Positions 20,033 to 29,668 of a stretch of 64,000 nt of DNA are shown in pieces. The stretch's first letter is position 1. Each line of letters starts with the position of its first letter. The DNA is taken from positions 173,238-237,237 of the forward strand of contig JAJXYF010000010.1 of the NCBI GenBank assembly GCA_021780755.1, written 5' to 3'. A program made the translations under genes and the position numbers. The notes beneath the pieces were generated by a model. The model had not been told where the DNA came from. It worked only from the letters and a program-made list of their open reading frames with translations, and did not search any database. The stretch is from Deltaproteobacteria bacterium. GTDB lineage: Bacteria; Desulfobacterota; Binatia; Binatales; Binataceae.

Positions 20033-21606
20033 CGCGGGCGGATCGATCTCGGCGCACGGCGCGATCGCAAATGGTTGGCCGCCGCGCCGGTATCGCGCAT
20101 CCGCGCCACGGTTGCCGTCGTGCTATGGCCTTCAAGCAATGGCGCCAGCACGACCGTTCCGCCGTAGGATTCGATGAACTTCTGGCCATCGACAACCTGC
20201 CCGCGATAATCCTCGCCCTTGACCAGGACGTCGGGACGCACGGTGCGGATCACCCGGTCCGCCCGGTTCTCGTCGAAGACCAAAACGTAATCGACCAGTT
20301 CGAGCGCCGCGAGCATCCGTGCGCGATCGCCGGCGTGATTGATCGGACGGTCGGCGCCCTTGATCGCACGCACACTGCGATCGCTGTTGAGACCGACCAC
20401 CAGCACGTCGCCCTGCGCGTGCGCGAAGCCGAGCAGTTGCAGATGGCCGGCGTGCATCAGATCGAAGCATCCGTTGGTGAAGACGATCCGCCGGCCGGCG
20501 CGCCGATCGCGATCGAGCGCAATTATCAATTCGTCGTGCGAGAGAATCTTGCGCTCGTAACCGTTGGCTGCGGGGGCGAGCGCCACCGCCATGTCCTCGC
20601 GCGAAATTATCTCGGTGCCGATACGCCCGACCTCGATCCCGGCCGCCAGATTGGCGATCGCCGCGGCCGACGAAAAAGTGAGTCCGGCCGTTGCCATCAG
20701 GCCGAAAAAGGTCAGGACGACGTCGCCCGCGCCGGTAACGTCGTAAACCTCGCGCGGCGTGGTTGGAATGTAGGTGTCGGCGCCGCCGCGTTCGGCCAGG
20801 TACATGCCGTCGCGATCGAGCGTGATCAGGCAGGCCTTGAGCTCGAGCCGCTCCACCAGGGTCTCGGCGGCCGCGCGCCACGCGGCGCGATCGCTCAGGC
20901 GTATGCCCGTCGCGGTCTCGGTCTCGAAGCGATTCGGCGTGAGCGCCGTGGCGCCGCGGTAAATCGAAAAATCATCGCTCAGGCGCGGGTCGATCACGAT
21001 TGGGATACCGCGGCGGTTCGCGCCGTCGATCAGCGCGCGTAACAGGCCGGGCGTGAGCAGTCCTTTGTTGATGTCGGAAACCAGCACGCCGTCGGCGCGT
21101 TTCAGTTCGTCGGCGATGCGCGCCTTCAACGCCCGTTCGCGGACGGGTGAGAGCGGGCGCGGGTCCTCCTCGTCCACGCGCAGCAACTGCTGCGTGGCGC
21201 GGTTGGCCGATTGCACCGAACCGAGCAAGCGTTCCTTGACGATGGTCGGGCGGTCGGGATCGATCACCAGCGAGCGCGTGCCGATGCCGAGGTCGCGGAA
21301 CATCTCGCGCAGCATCGCGCCGTTGCGGTCGGCGCCAATCACGCTGAGCGCACTGGGCCGCGCACCGAGCGCCCGCAGACTCGCCATCACGAAGCCGGCG
21401 TTGCCGGGCTTTTCCTCGCGCCGATGGACTTGCAGAATCGGTATCGGCGCCTCGGGGGAGATGCGCGCGACGTCGCCCCACAGGTAGCGGTCGAGAATGA
21501 TTTCGCCGGCGACCAGAATTCGCAGCGGCTTTAGTTCCGGGATCGCCAGATCCGCGTGCCGCGGAGTCGCCGTGGGCGCCCGTGATTTGGTCTTTCGCGC
21601 AGCCAT
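20029..21606 (-). CDS. hldE: bifunctional D-beta-D-heptose 7-phosphate kinase / D-beta-D-heptose 1-phosphate adenylyltransferase
   Basis: N-terminal PfkB-type kinase domain (GAGD) and C-terminal cytidylyltransferase domain (FTNGCFDLMHAGH). 3' end overlaps murJ convergently by 4 bp. Confidence 0.9.
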   Translation of the reverse strand: MAARKTKSRAPTATPRHADLAIPELKPLRILVAGEIILDRYLWGDVARISPEAPIPILQVHRREEKPGNAGFVMASLRALGARPSALSVIGADRNGAMLREMFRDLGIGTRSLVIDPDRPTIVKERLLGSVQSANRATQQLLRVDEEDPRPLSPVRERALKARIADELKRADGVLVSDINKGLLTPGLLRALIDGANRRGIPIVIDPRLSDDFSIYRGATALTPNRFETETATGIRLSDRAAWRAAAETLVERLELKACLITLDRDGMYLAERGGADTYIPTTPREVYDVTGAGDVVLTFFGLMATAGLTFSSAAAIANLAAGIEVGRIGTEIISREDMAVALAPAANGYERKILSHDELIIALDRDRRAGRRIVFTNGCFDLMHAGHLQLLGFAHAQGDVLVVGLNSDRSVRAIKGADRPINHAGDRARMLAALELVDYVLVFDENRADRVIRTVRPDVLVKGEDYRGQVVDGQKFIESYGGTVVLAPLLEGHSTTATVARMRDTGAAANHLRSRRAPRSIRPR

Positions 21607-21622
21607 GCCTTCGCGATGATAC

Positions 21623-22414
21623 CTAACGCACCGAGAAGCCGCCGTCGATCACCAGTTCGGCCCCGGTCATGTGATCCGAGGCGCTCGATGCCAGAAAGAC
21701 CGCCGATCCGGCCAGTTCCCGCGGCTCGCCGAAGCGTCCACGCGGTGTGCGCTGGATCATCTCCTGGAGTCCTTCCTTCCATTCGGGCCAGTTGCGAATC
21801 CAGTCGGTCATGTCGGTCGAGAACCATCCCGGTAGCAGCGAATTGACCTGGATATTGTGCGGCGCGAGTTCGATCGCTAGGCATCGCGTGAGCTGCTGTA
21901 ATCCGCCCTTGGCCACCGCGTACGACGGGAACACCGGCGATCCGAAATTCCCGGCGATGCTGCTGACGTTGATTATTTTGCCGCCCCGCTTGCCGGCCAC
22001 CATCGACCGCGCCGCGATCTGCGAGAGCAGGAAGCAGGCGTTGAGGTTCGTCGCCATCACCTGGTCCCATTCCTCAGCGGTCTGATCGAGCACGCCCTTC
22101 AGGATCGCGAAGGCCGCGTTGTTGACCAGGATATCGACCGGGCCGAGCACGCGCTCGACCTCGTCCATCGCGGGCTTCAAGCCGGCGCGCGCCATCAGAT
22201 CGACCTTGAGCGCGAGCGCAGGGCCGCCGACCGCGCGCAAATCGGCCAGCGCCTCGCGATTCTTCGCCTCGTCGCGCGCCATGATCGCGACCGCCGCCCC
22301 GGCCTGCGCCAGCGCGATCGCGATCGCGTGGCCGAGTCCCCGATTGCCCCCGGTAACCACCGCCACCCGGCCGTTCAGATCGAAAAGTTTTCGCGTTGCC
22401 TCACCTATCGCCAT
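21623..22414 (-). CDS. SDR family oxidoreductase
   Basis: TGGNRGLG Rossmann motif, NNAA and YxxxK. 263 aa. Confidence 0.8.
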   Translation of the reverse strand: MAIGEATRKLFDLNGRVAVVTGGNRGLGHAIAIALAQAGAAVAIMARDEAKNREALADLRAVGGPALALKVDLMARAGLKPAMDEVERVLGPVDILVNNAAFAILKGVLDQTAEEWDQVMATNLNACFLLSQIAARSMVAGKRGGKIINVSSIAGNFGSPVFPSYAVAKGGLQQLTRCLAIELAPHNIQVNSLLPGWFSTDMTDWIRNWPEWKEGLQEMIQRTPRGRFGEPRELAGSAVFLASSASDHMTGAELVIDGGFSVR

Positions 22415-22623
22415 TTCGATGTCTCCCCGGTTCGTTCGCGCAATTATGCGGGATCGCGGGCACGGTTGGACAGCGCCTGCCGCCGCCTTCTATATTGACG
22501 TGCCGGGCTCAGCCCGGCCGACTCACTGGATCGCGCGAGCGACCGTTGCGTGGGCTCGGGCACGCGCCGCGCCGCAATCATAGCGGGGCGAATTCGCAAG
22601 ACCAAAGACCAGAGGAAACCAAG

Positions 22624-24054
22624 ATGGGACTCAGGACGCCGGAACAATACAAGCAAGCGATGCGCGATGGCCGCGCGGTCTATTTCCGCGGCGAGAAGGT
22701 GGAGGATGTTACCACGCATCCGGTGATCGGCATCGCCGTCGAGCACGCCTGCATCGACTATCGCATGGCCGAGGATCCCAAGTATCGCGACCTCGCCGTC
22801 ATCAACGAGGGCGGCCAGCCCTACAGCCGCTACTTCCATCTGCCGCGCAACGGTGCCGACCTGCTCAAGCGCAGCGAACTGATCGCGGCCTCCACGCGCG
22901 AAGGGGCGACACTGGTCGTGCTGATCAAGGAGATCGGCAGTGACGCGCTGATCGCGCTCCATCTGATCGGCGAGAAACTCGCGGCGGCGGGCAAGCCGCA
23001 ATATCGCGAGCGCATTCAGAAGTACCATCGCCATTGCCGCGATCACGATCTCGCCGTCGCGGTCGCGCAGACCGACGTCAAGGGCGACCGCTCGCTTGGA
23101 CCCACCGCCCAGGACCATCCGGACTACTACGTGCGCGTGGTCGAGGAGCGTCCCGACGGCATCGTCGTGCGCGGCGCGAAAGTCCACACTTCGGTTTCGA
23201 CCAACACCGACGAGGTCATCGTGCTGCCGACGCGCGCGATGCGCGCCGAGGACAAGGCCTACGCGGTGGCCTTCGCGTTGCCGATCAATACGCCGGGCTT
23301 GAAACTCATTGCGAGTCCGCACGGCAGTAGCAAGAAAGATCCCTACGAACATCCCATCAGCGCGCGCCACAAGATGATGGAAACGCTGACCGTCTTCGAC
23401 GATGTCTTCGTGCCCAACGAGCGCATCTTCCTGAACGGGGAAATCGAGTTCGCCGGCCTGCTCGCGCTGACCTTCGTGCGCTACCATCGCTTCACCGCGG
23501 TCTCGTACAAGCTGCCGCTGCTCGAACTGATGGCGGGGGCGGCCTTCGCCGTCGCCGAGGCCAACGGGGTCAGCAAGGCGGCGCACGTGCGCGACAAACT
23601 CACCCATCTGGCGGCCTATCACACCACCGTGCGTGGATTGATCGAGCATGCGGCGGCGACCTGCACTATCGAGGAAGGCTACGCCGTGCCCAATACTCTG
23701 ATCACCAACGTCGCCAAATATCACTTCGCGCACAACTATCATCAGGCCGTGCAGATCGTTCAGGACCTCGCCGGCGGATTGCTCGTTACCGCGCCGGCGG
23801 CCGAGGACATGACCAGTGAGGCGACGCGCGCCTACGTGATGAAGTACATGGGCGGCGCCAAGGGTTTTGACGCCGACAAGCGCCTGCGACTGATCAATCT
23901 GGTGGGCGATCTGACGTCATCGGACTTCGGCGGCTACCAGGAAGTGCTGGCCGTGCACGCCGAGGGCGGCTTCGAAGCGGAGAAATTGCAGGCATACCGC
24001 GAGTACGACTTTAAGTCGGTCGCGGCCTATGCGCGCAAGCTCGCCGGCGTCTGA
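22624..24054 (+). CDS. HpaB/4-hydroxybutyryl-CoA dehydratase family flavin-dependent oxygenase component
   Basis: ~476 aa from the internal Met MGLRTPEQYK, preceded by an AGAGGAAACC RBS. Family call is by sequence resemblance to 4-hydroxyphenylacetate 3-hydroxylase-like proteins. No CxxxC Fe-S motif. Confidence 0.65.
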   Translation: MGLRTPEQYKQAMRDGRAVYFRGEKVEDVTTHPVIGIAVEHACIDYRMAEDPKYRDLAVINEGGQPYSRYFHLPRNGADLLKRSELIAASTREGATLVVLIKEIGSDALIALHLIGEKLAAAGKPQYRERIQKYHRHCRDHDLAVAVAQTDVKGDRSLGPTAQDHPDYYVRVVEERPDGIVVRGAKVHTSVSTNTDEVIVLPTRAMRAEDKAYAVAFALPINTPGLKLIASPHGSSKKDPYEHPISARHKMMETLTVFDDVFVPNERIFLNGEIEFAGLLALTFVRYHRFTAVSYKLPLLELMAGAAFAVAEANGVSKAAHVRDKLTHLAAYHTTVRGLIEHAAATCTIEEGYAVPNTLITNVAKYHFAHNYHQAVQIVQDLAGGLLVTAPAAEDMTSEATRAYVMKYMGGAKGFDADKRLRLINLVGDLTSSDFGGYQEVLAVHAEGGFEAEKLQAYREYDFKSVAAYARKLAGV

Positions 24055-24260
24055 AAAAATTTGCGGGCGGCGCCGAACGAGCCTTTTGGCCGTGTCCCGC
24101 GCCGCCCGCAGATCCACGCGAGTGTGTATAGTCCGCGCAAGGTGCAGCAATCAGCCCGCCCGTTATCGATGCGAGCTAGAGCCCGTGCGGTTTACAATGT
24201 TGGCAGTACGATATAGGTTCGCCGGTTTCGTTCGCTGTCGATGTTGCTGCTCCGATCGTA

Positions 24261-24291
24261 GAAAACGGCCCGTGCCACCGGCCGTTCCTTT
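24261..24291. terminator. candidate bidirectional intrinsic terminator between convergent genes
   Basis: AACGGCC-cgtgccacc-GGCCGTT hairpin flanked by AAAA on one side and CCTTTT on the other. Confidence 0.45.
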
Positions 24292-24403
24292 TCGAAGCGC
24301 CGGAATGGGTGCCCGTACCTTGGTTGCAATGGGGACAGTCTGATCGATGGATTCGGGCCTTCTTCACCGTCCAGTTCTGGTAAACGTAGTAACTCATTTC
24401 GAA

Positions 24404-25531
24404 TCAGGATCGGATGACCGGCGCGTCCAGCTCCAGCAAGCTCGCAAGCTCGTCGGCGCCCAGATGATTATCGCGCTCGAGCGCCGCGCGATCGTGACCG
24501 AGATACTCTAGGTAACGCTCGCCGAGCCTTCGTGCGTGAGCGAATGCTGCCTCCAGCCGCACTCGAGCGTTGGCGTCGAGCGGCACGATTTCCTGGATGA
24601 TGCGTGCGATCTCGGCGCGCGCCGCTTCCACCTTCGCGCAATTGCCGCCGCCCGCTACCGCGTCGTCGAGCGCGTCGCGAATCCGCGCCGCGTCGCTGTT
24701 GAGCTTCTCGATATCGATCGACGCGCGATCGGCGTCGGCCGTCGGCCATACCAGATCGAGAATCTTCTTGCTGGTCACGCCGAGCGCGACCGCCACGCCC
24801 AGACCCGTCACCATCGCGGCGCCCGCCGGCAGCACGAACCCGCCGCCGAGCGCGACCAGTCCGGTCGTGATGCCCTCGACCGACAGTCCGATCGTCCCGA
24901 GCGGAAAGATCACCGCCGCGGGAATGCCGATCGACGCGACCGCCTTCTTGAAAATTTCGAGCTTGCGATCATCAAGCCGCACCAGGTGGCCGCGCTTTCC
25001 GAGCGAGGACGCCACGCGATTTTCCAGGTCCGTCAGCGATTCAAAAAATTGCACCCAGTGGTTCCCGTCGTCCCCCTTCACTCCTAGATGAATGTGCAGG
25101 CGCGCCAGATATTCCTTCGCCTCCCGGGCCGGCGACTTGCCCGCCATCGCGACCGCTTCGGTCAGCAGCGATCGCCGCACCTCGCGATTTTCAAAGTAAG
25201 GCAGCTCGCGTGGTTCCAGCCGCAGCCTGGTATGCAATGCCGCGATCGCTTCGAGCCGGCCCGCTGGTGCCAGTTCGAGGAACGCAAACAACTGATAGAG
25301 GCGGCGCAGGCGGCGCCTATCGATCGTGCGGCCGGTGCGCATCAGGGGCAGCAGCGCATCGATGTATGACTGGCGCTCCGCGGCGGTCAGCACCGCGAGT
25401 GCCTGCTCGGGCACCGAACGCCACGCGGCAACCGGCTCCGGCGTATCGCGCTTGCGTAGCACGCGCGCCAGCAGCCGTTTGCCGCTTTCAAAATCGGGCA
25501 GGCCAGTCGGAACAATGGCGAGAACGCTCAC
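24404..25531 (-). CDS. hypothetical membrane-anchored protein (Gly-zipper 2-TM hairpin between two soluble helical domains)
   Basis: Long high-GC3 ORF. Start put at the GTG with an AGGGAG SD (VSVLAIV...) because the first 26 codons of the ORF have low GC3. Central GxxxG-rich TM pair. Confidence 0.55.
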   Translation of the reverse strand: MSVLAIVPTGLPDFESGKRLLARVLRKRDTPEPVAAWRSVPEQALAVLTAAERQSYIDALLPLMRTGRTIDRRRLRRLYQLFAFLELAPAGRLEAIAALHTRLRLEPRELPYFENREVRRSLLTEAVAMAGKSPAREAKEYLARLHIHLGVKGDDGNHWVQFFESLTDLENRVASSLGKRGHLVRLDDRKLEIFKKAVASIGIPAAVIFPLGTIGLSVEGITTGLVALGGGFVLPAGAAMVTGLGVAVALGVTSKKILDLVWPTADADRASIDIEKLNSDAARIRDALDDAVAGGGNCAKVEAARAEIARIIQEIVPLDANARVRLEAAFAHARRLGERYLEYLGHDRAALERDNHLGADELASLLELDAPVIRS

Positions 25532-25699
25532 GGGCAACCACTCCCTGACAGGCGCGCATCTTAGCGGTTCCGCAGCGCCCATCTGACTAACTATAAGCAT
25601 TATTGTCACGGGCGTGCGCCTGAGTAGTCAACGCACCAGACGAAAATGGCGAATAATTGGCGAGAAGGTGGCTGGACCGCGCGGAATCAACTGAGATTC

Positions 25700-26041
25700 T
25701 CAGATGATGCCGACCATGGTCGAAATCCAGATGAGCTTGCACACCAGATGGAAGAACTGGTCGGTATTGAACCCGTAAAAATGTTCGCATTTGCCGAAAT
25801 CGATTAGCCAGTGCACCACGAATTCGGCCACGCCGAGCCCGGCGGATCCGGTTATCAAGCCAACCACGCCGCCATGCATCAGCGCGTGAGAGGTCAGCCA
25901 GTAGTACCACGGCGGCTCGCCGGGCGCGCCCTGATGATGGCGGCTCTTGCCGATCGCCATCGCGCCCGATTGAAGCACGAAGTCGGCCAGGGCGTGGCCT
26001 ACGATTAGCCACCAGAGCAGATGAAGGGCGGCGTGCATCAT
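25700..26041 (-). CDS. DUF3307-like small membrane protein (~113 aa)
   Basis: Internal Met MMHAALHLLWW. 3-4 TM helices. Directly downstream of the DUF35 gene (9-bp gap). Confidence 0.55.
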   Translation of the reverse strand: MMHAALHLLWWLIVGHALADFVLQSGAMAIGKSRHHQGAPGEPPWYYWLTSHALMHGGVVGLITGSAGLGVAEFVVHWLIDFGKCEHFYGFNTDQFFHLVCKLIWISTMVGII

Positions 26042-26049
26042 GACGCCGG

Positions 26050-26523
26050 CTACTCGGTGAACCTCCAGGCGTTGGCGGCTGTACCATTGATCTTCCAGCG
26101 CGGCATCACGATTTTGGGGTCGTTGGTCTCCTCGTAAACGACCTCGCAAGGCAGTCCGATCGCGACTTCGGATTCCTCGTCGAGCATCACTCCGGCGACG
26201 CGCGTGACGGTGCCGTCGGCCTCCTTGCAATCGTCGAGTTCGATAATCGCGACGACGTATGGGACCGCGCCGATAAACGCACCGACGATCGGCTGCACCA
26301 CTACCACATAGCTATAGACTTTGCCCTTGCCGCTCGCTTCGAACCACGCCACGTCCAGCGAGGCGCATTTGGCGCACGCTGGGAAAATCGGCGGAAACCA
26401 TTTGTGACCACAGGCCTTGCATTGCCGCACCAGGTACTTGCGCGCCTTGGTCCCCGCCCACCATTCGGCGGTATCGAAGTCCGGCAGGATGCGCAGCTTG
26501 CTATAGTCAATCGGTCCGGGCAT
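26050..26523 (-). CDS. Zn-ribbon + OB-fold protein (DUF35 family; thiolase partner)
   Basis: CKACGHKW...CAKC zinc ribbon followed by an OB-fold. Typical partner of SCP2-type thiolases. Confidence 0.75.
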   Translation of the reverse strand: MPGPIDYSKLRILPDFDTAEWWAGTKARKYLVRQCKACGHKWFPPIFPACAKCASLDVAWFEASGKGKVYSYVVVVQPIVGAFIGAVPYVVAIIELDDCKEADGTVTRVAGVMLDEESEVAIGLPCEVVYEETNDPKIVMPRWKINGTAANAWRFTE

Positions 26524-26584
26524 CTGAGTATTCCTCGAATAGTAATACGCGCGCGCTCGGCGCGTTATTCCGGCTCATGCGACC

Positions 26585-27814
26585 CTAGGCCGCCATCCCG
26601 CGCAGGATCAGGCAGCTCGCCATGTTTTCCCAGCCCCAGCCCATGCCGCAGCACAGATCGGCCTTGCGCAACTGGCGGCATCCGGCCTTGCGGTCGTAGG
26701 TATGTTTCCCTTCGGCCCATCCGGGACAGGCGTCGTCCGCGCGATGTCGCAGTTGGCGTATGTTTTCGATTACCATCTGCACGCCGTGCGTATAGCCTTC
26801 CGAGAGATGGCCGCCCGACAGGTTGCTCGGCAGCTCATGGTCAATTTGCAGCCGTCCGCCCTTGACGAATTCGCCCGCTTCACCCCGGCCGCAGAAGCCG
26901 TTGGCTTCAAGCTGGATCAGCGTCGTGAAAGTGAAGGCGTCATAGCATGAGACGAAATCGACATCCTTGTGAGTAATGCCCGCCATGCCGAAGGCGCGCT
27001 TCCAGCCATAGTTACCCGCCACGTAATGGAGACTTTCGCGCGAATAGTTCCACTGCGGACTGTCGGTCAACGTGCGCGCGTATCCGCCCATGATAAATAC
27101 CGGCGGATGCCGCAGGTCATAAGCCCGCTCGCGGGAAGTGACTATTATCGCGACTGAGACATCGGTCTCCTGGCAACAATCGAGCAGGCGAAACGGCTTG
27201 ACGATCCAGCGTGAGCGCTGATGGTCCTCGATCGTAATCGGACTCCGATGGATCGCCTTGGGATTTAGTGTCGCGTGGTAGCGATGCGCCACCGCGATTT
27301 CCGCGAACGCCTTGGTAGTGCACCCGGTATCGTGCAGGTAGCGCATCGCGCTCATGCCGAAGCGCTGCGCCGGCGTCGTCCAGCCCCAGCCCATGTTGAA
27401 TTGCGCGTCGCCTTCGGCATTTGCCACCGGAACCGGGCCGCCCGGGGTCTGTCCGCCCATGCGACGTCCCGAGCGCCCGTTCATCGAGCGGAAAATCACC
27501 ATGGTCTTGCAGTAGCCCGCCTCGATTAGCCCGATCGCGTGAGCGACCAGGGCCTCGCCGCTGGAACCGCCACCGAGGATATCGACCGCGTAATTGAGTC
27601 GCATTCCGAGTGCGGTCGCGACGTGCGGCGAGGTGGTCGAGTCGCCGGCCTGATAGCTGGTCATGCCGTCAACGTCGCCGGGTTTCAGGCCCGCATCGGC
27701 GAGCGCTTTGGTGACCGCCTCGCAAGCCATCGACAGCGTGGTGCGGTTGGACGGCCGCATGTGCGGGGTCTCGCCGACGCCGACGATACAGTACTTGTCC
27801 GTGAGCGCTCCCAT
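26585..27814 (-). CDS. thiolase-like protein (SCP2/lipid-transfer-protein type)
   Basis: 409-aa thiolase-fold protein (GETPHM..., active-site Cys region, C-terminal GWGW). Forms an operon with the DUF35 gene. Confidence 0.8.
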   Translation of the reverse strand: MGALTDKYCIVGVGETPHMRPSNRTTLSMACEAVTKALADAGLKPGDVDGMTSYQAGDSTTSPHVATALGMRLNYAVDILGGGSSGEALVAHAIGLIEAGYCKTMVIFRSMNGRSGRRMGGQTPGGPVPVANAEGDAQFNMGWGWTTPAQRFGMSAMRYLHDTGCTTKAFAEIAVAHRYHATLNPKAIHRSPITIEDHQRSRWIVKPFRLLDCCQETDVSVAIIVTSRERAYDLRHPPVFIMGGYARTLTDSPQWNYSRESLHYVAGNYGWKRAFGMAGITHKDVDFVSCYDAFTFTTLIQLEANGFCGRGEAGEFVKGGRLQIDHELPSNLSGGHLSEGYTHGVQMVIENIRQLRHRADDACPGWAEGKHTYDRKAGCRQLRKADLCCGMGWGWENMASCLILRGMAA

Positions 27815-27955
27815 CGGTTCCTCCAGGCTCGGGGCGTCGCGCGGCAGACGCGGGACGCAAAGACAAAACCAAAAGTTACGCGCACAGCCTTAGCCCGCCA
27901 TCTATGAAACGGTCAAGGATTGCGCGCTATTGATGGAACGCAGGAAGCGAATCGC

Positions 27956-29653
27956 CTACTCGCGCGCGCGTTCGAGCAGCTCGCGCGCTGCCCGCACGAA
28001 TTTGTCGCTGGTCTCGGCGCCACCCAGCATCCGCGCGATCTCGGCGGGCCGATCGGGGTCGCTCAAGGCGGCTGCGCTGCTGCGGGTGGCGCCGCGCCGC
28101 TCTTCCTTCTCGACCGCGAAGTGGCGATCGGCGAATGCCGCGATCTGGGCGAGATGCGTGACGCAGAGTATCTGATGGAACCGCGCGAGCTGCTTGAGCT
28201 TGCGCCCGACGATCTCGCCGACCGCACCTCCGATGCCGGCGTCAACTTCGTCGAAGATGATCGTGGCGACACCGCGCTGTTGAGCCTCGAGACGCTTCAG
28301 CGCGAGCATCACGCGCGAGAGCTCGCCGCCCGAGGCGACCTTGGCCAACGGCAACGGTGGCTGCCCGAGGTTGGGCGAGAGGTAGAACTCGACCGCATCG
28401 AAGCCGGCCGCACTCAGCGCGATGCCGTCGTGCACCAACGCGGCGCCGTCGGCCGCGATCGCGGTGAGCCGCGCCTCGAAAATCGCACTACGCATGCCGA
28501 GCGTCTTGAGCTCGGCCTCCATGCGGCGCTTGAGCACGGCCGCGTCATGCGCGCGCTTCTGATGGAGCACGCGCGCCCGCGCCAGCAGGTCGCCCAACGC
28601 GCGGGCCAACTCAGCCTCGGCGGCGGCGCGGCTTTCGGCGACGCCTTCGAGCTCGGCGATTTCGCGCCGCGATCGATCGAGCGTTTCGAGCGCGGACTCG
28701 ATCGAGCCGCCGTATTTGCGCTTCAGCCGGGTCAATTCCTGCAGGCGGTTCTCGACCTCTTCGAGGCGCTTGGGGTCGGCCTCGATTCGCGCGGCATAGG
28801 CGGCCAGCTCACGCGCGGCCTCTTCCAGGTCGGCGCGCGCGCTCGCGATCAATTCGAGCGCTCCGTTGAGCTTGGGATCGATCGCGACGGCGTCGGTCAG
28901 GCGCGCGCTGGCCCGCGCAATCGCGTCGATCGCCGCACCGTCGCCGCCGTATAGCGATTGCTCGGCTTCACCGGCGGCCTCGGCCAATCGTGTCGCGTTG
29001 GCCAACACCGCGCGGTTCGCGGCGAGTTCGTCGTCCTCGCCCGCGACCAGCGCCGCGCGCTCGAGTTCGGCGGCGCGAAAGCGCGCAATCTCCAGCAGTT
29101 CCGTCCGTTCGCGTTCGCGCCGTTCAAGATCGGCGATGCGTGCGCGGATTGCGCGCGCCTGTTCGTAATTCGCCAGGTACGCTGCCAGTTCCGCCGCGAG
29201 CGCGGCGTGGCGATCGAGAATCTGCTGATGGTTCTCGCGCAGGGCCAGCGACTGCTGCTCGTGTTGGCCGTAAATCTGAACCAGGGCCGCGCCGATCCGC
29301 GCGAGGCTGTTCACCGTCGCCAGCGAATCGTTAATCGTGACGCGCGATCGTCCGCCCTCCGCGATCACCCGGCGAATCAGCAGTTCGCGCGGATTCTCCT
29401 CGCTGAGCCATTCCGCGGCCTCCGGCAACGACGCTTCGCCCTCGAGTTCGAAGACGCCCTCGATCACCGCCTCCTTCGCGCCGGCGCGGATCACGTCGGG
29501 CGACGCGCGGCCGCCCAGCAGCAGCCCGAGCGCGCTCATCACGATCGTCTTGCCCGCGCCGGTCTCGCCGGTCAGCACGTTGAGGCCCGCCCCGAACGAG
29601 AGCGCGGCCTCTTCGATCACGGCGAAGTTGCGGATGCGCAGTTCGGTGAGCAT
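27956..29653 (-). CDS. recN: DNA repair protein RecN
   Basis: N-terminal Walker A GETGAGKT, long coiled coil, C-terminal ABC signature. 565 aa. Confidence 0.95.
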   Translation of the reverse strand: MLTELRIRNFAVIEEAALSFGAGLNVLTGETGAGKTIVMSALGLLLGGRASPDVIRAGAKEAVIEGVFELEGEASLPEAAEWLSEENPRELLIRRVIAEGGRSRVTINDSLATVNSLARIGAALVQIYGQHEQQSLALRENHQQILDRHAALAAELAAYLANYEQARAIRARIADLERRERERTELLEIARFRAAELERAALVAGEDDELAANRAVLANATRLAEAAGEAEQSLYGGDGAAIDAIARASARLTDAVAIDPKLNGALELIASARADLEEAARELAAYAARIEADPKRLEEVENRLQELTRLKRKYGGSIESALETLDRSRREIAELEGVAESRAAAEAELARALGDLLARARVLHQKRAHDAAVLKRRMEAELKTLGMRSAIFEARLTAIAADGAALVHDGIALSAAGFDAVEFYLSPNLGQPPLPLAKVASGGELSRVMLALKRLEAQQRGVATIIFDEVDAGIGGAVGEIVGRKLKQLARFHQILCVTHLAQIAAFADRHFAVEKEERRGATRSSAAALSDPDRPAEIARMLGGAETSDKFVRAARELLERARE

Positions 29654-29668
29654 CCTGCCAGTCGCCCG

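Noticed and set aside
22444-23742. 432-aa minus-strand ORF
   Set aside because: Antisense to the HpaB-family gene; compositional artefact.
24176-24397. 73-aa Zn-ribbon ORF (CPHCNQG...CQHCKP), minus strand
   Set aside because: A strong bidirectional terminator hairpin (24261-24291) lies inside it, and its GC3 is mixed. It is kept only as a note under findings.
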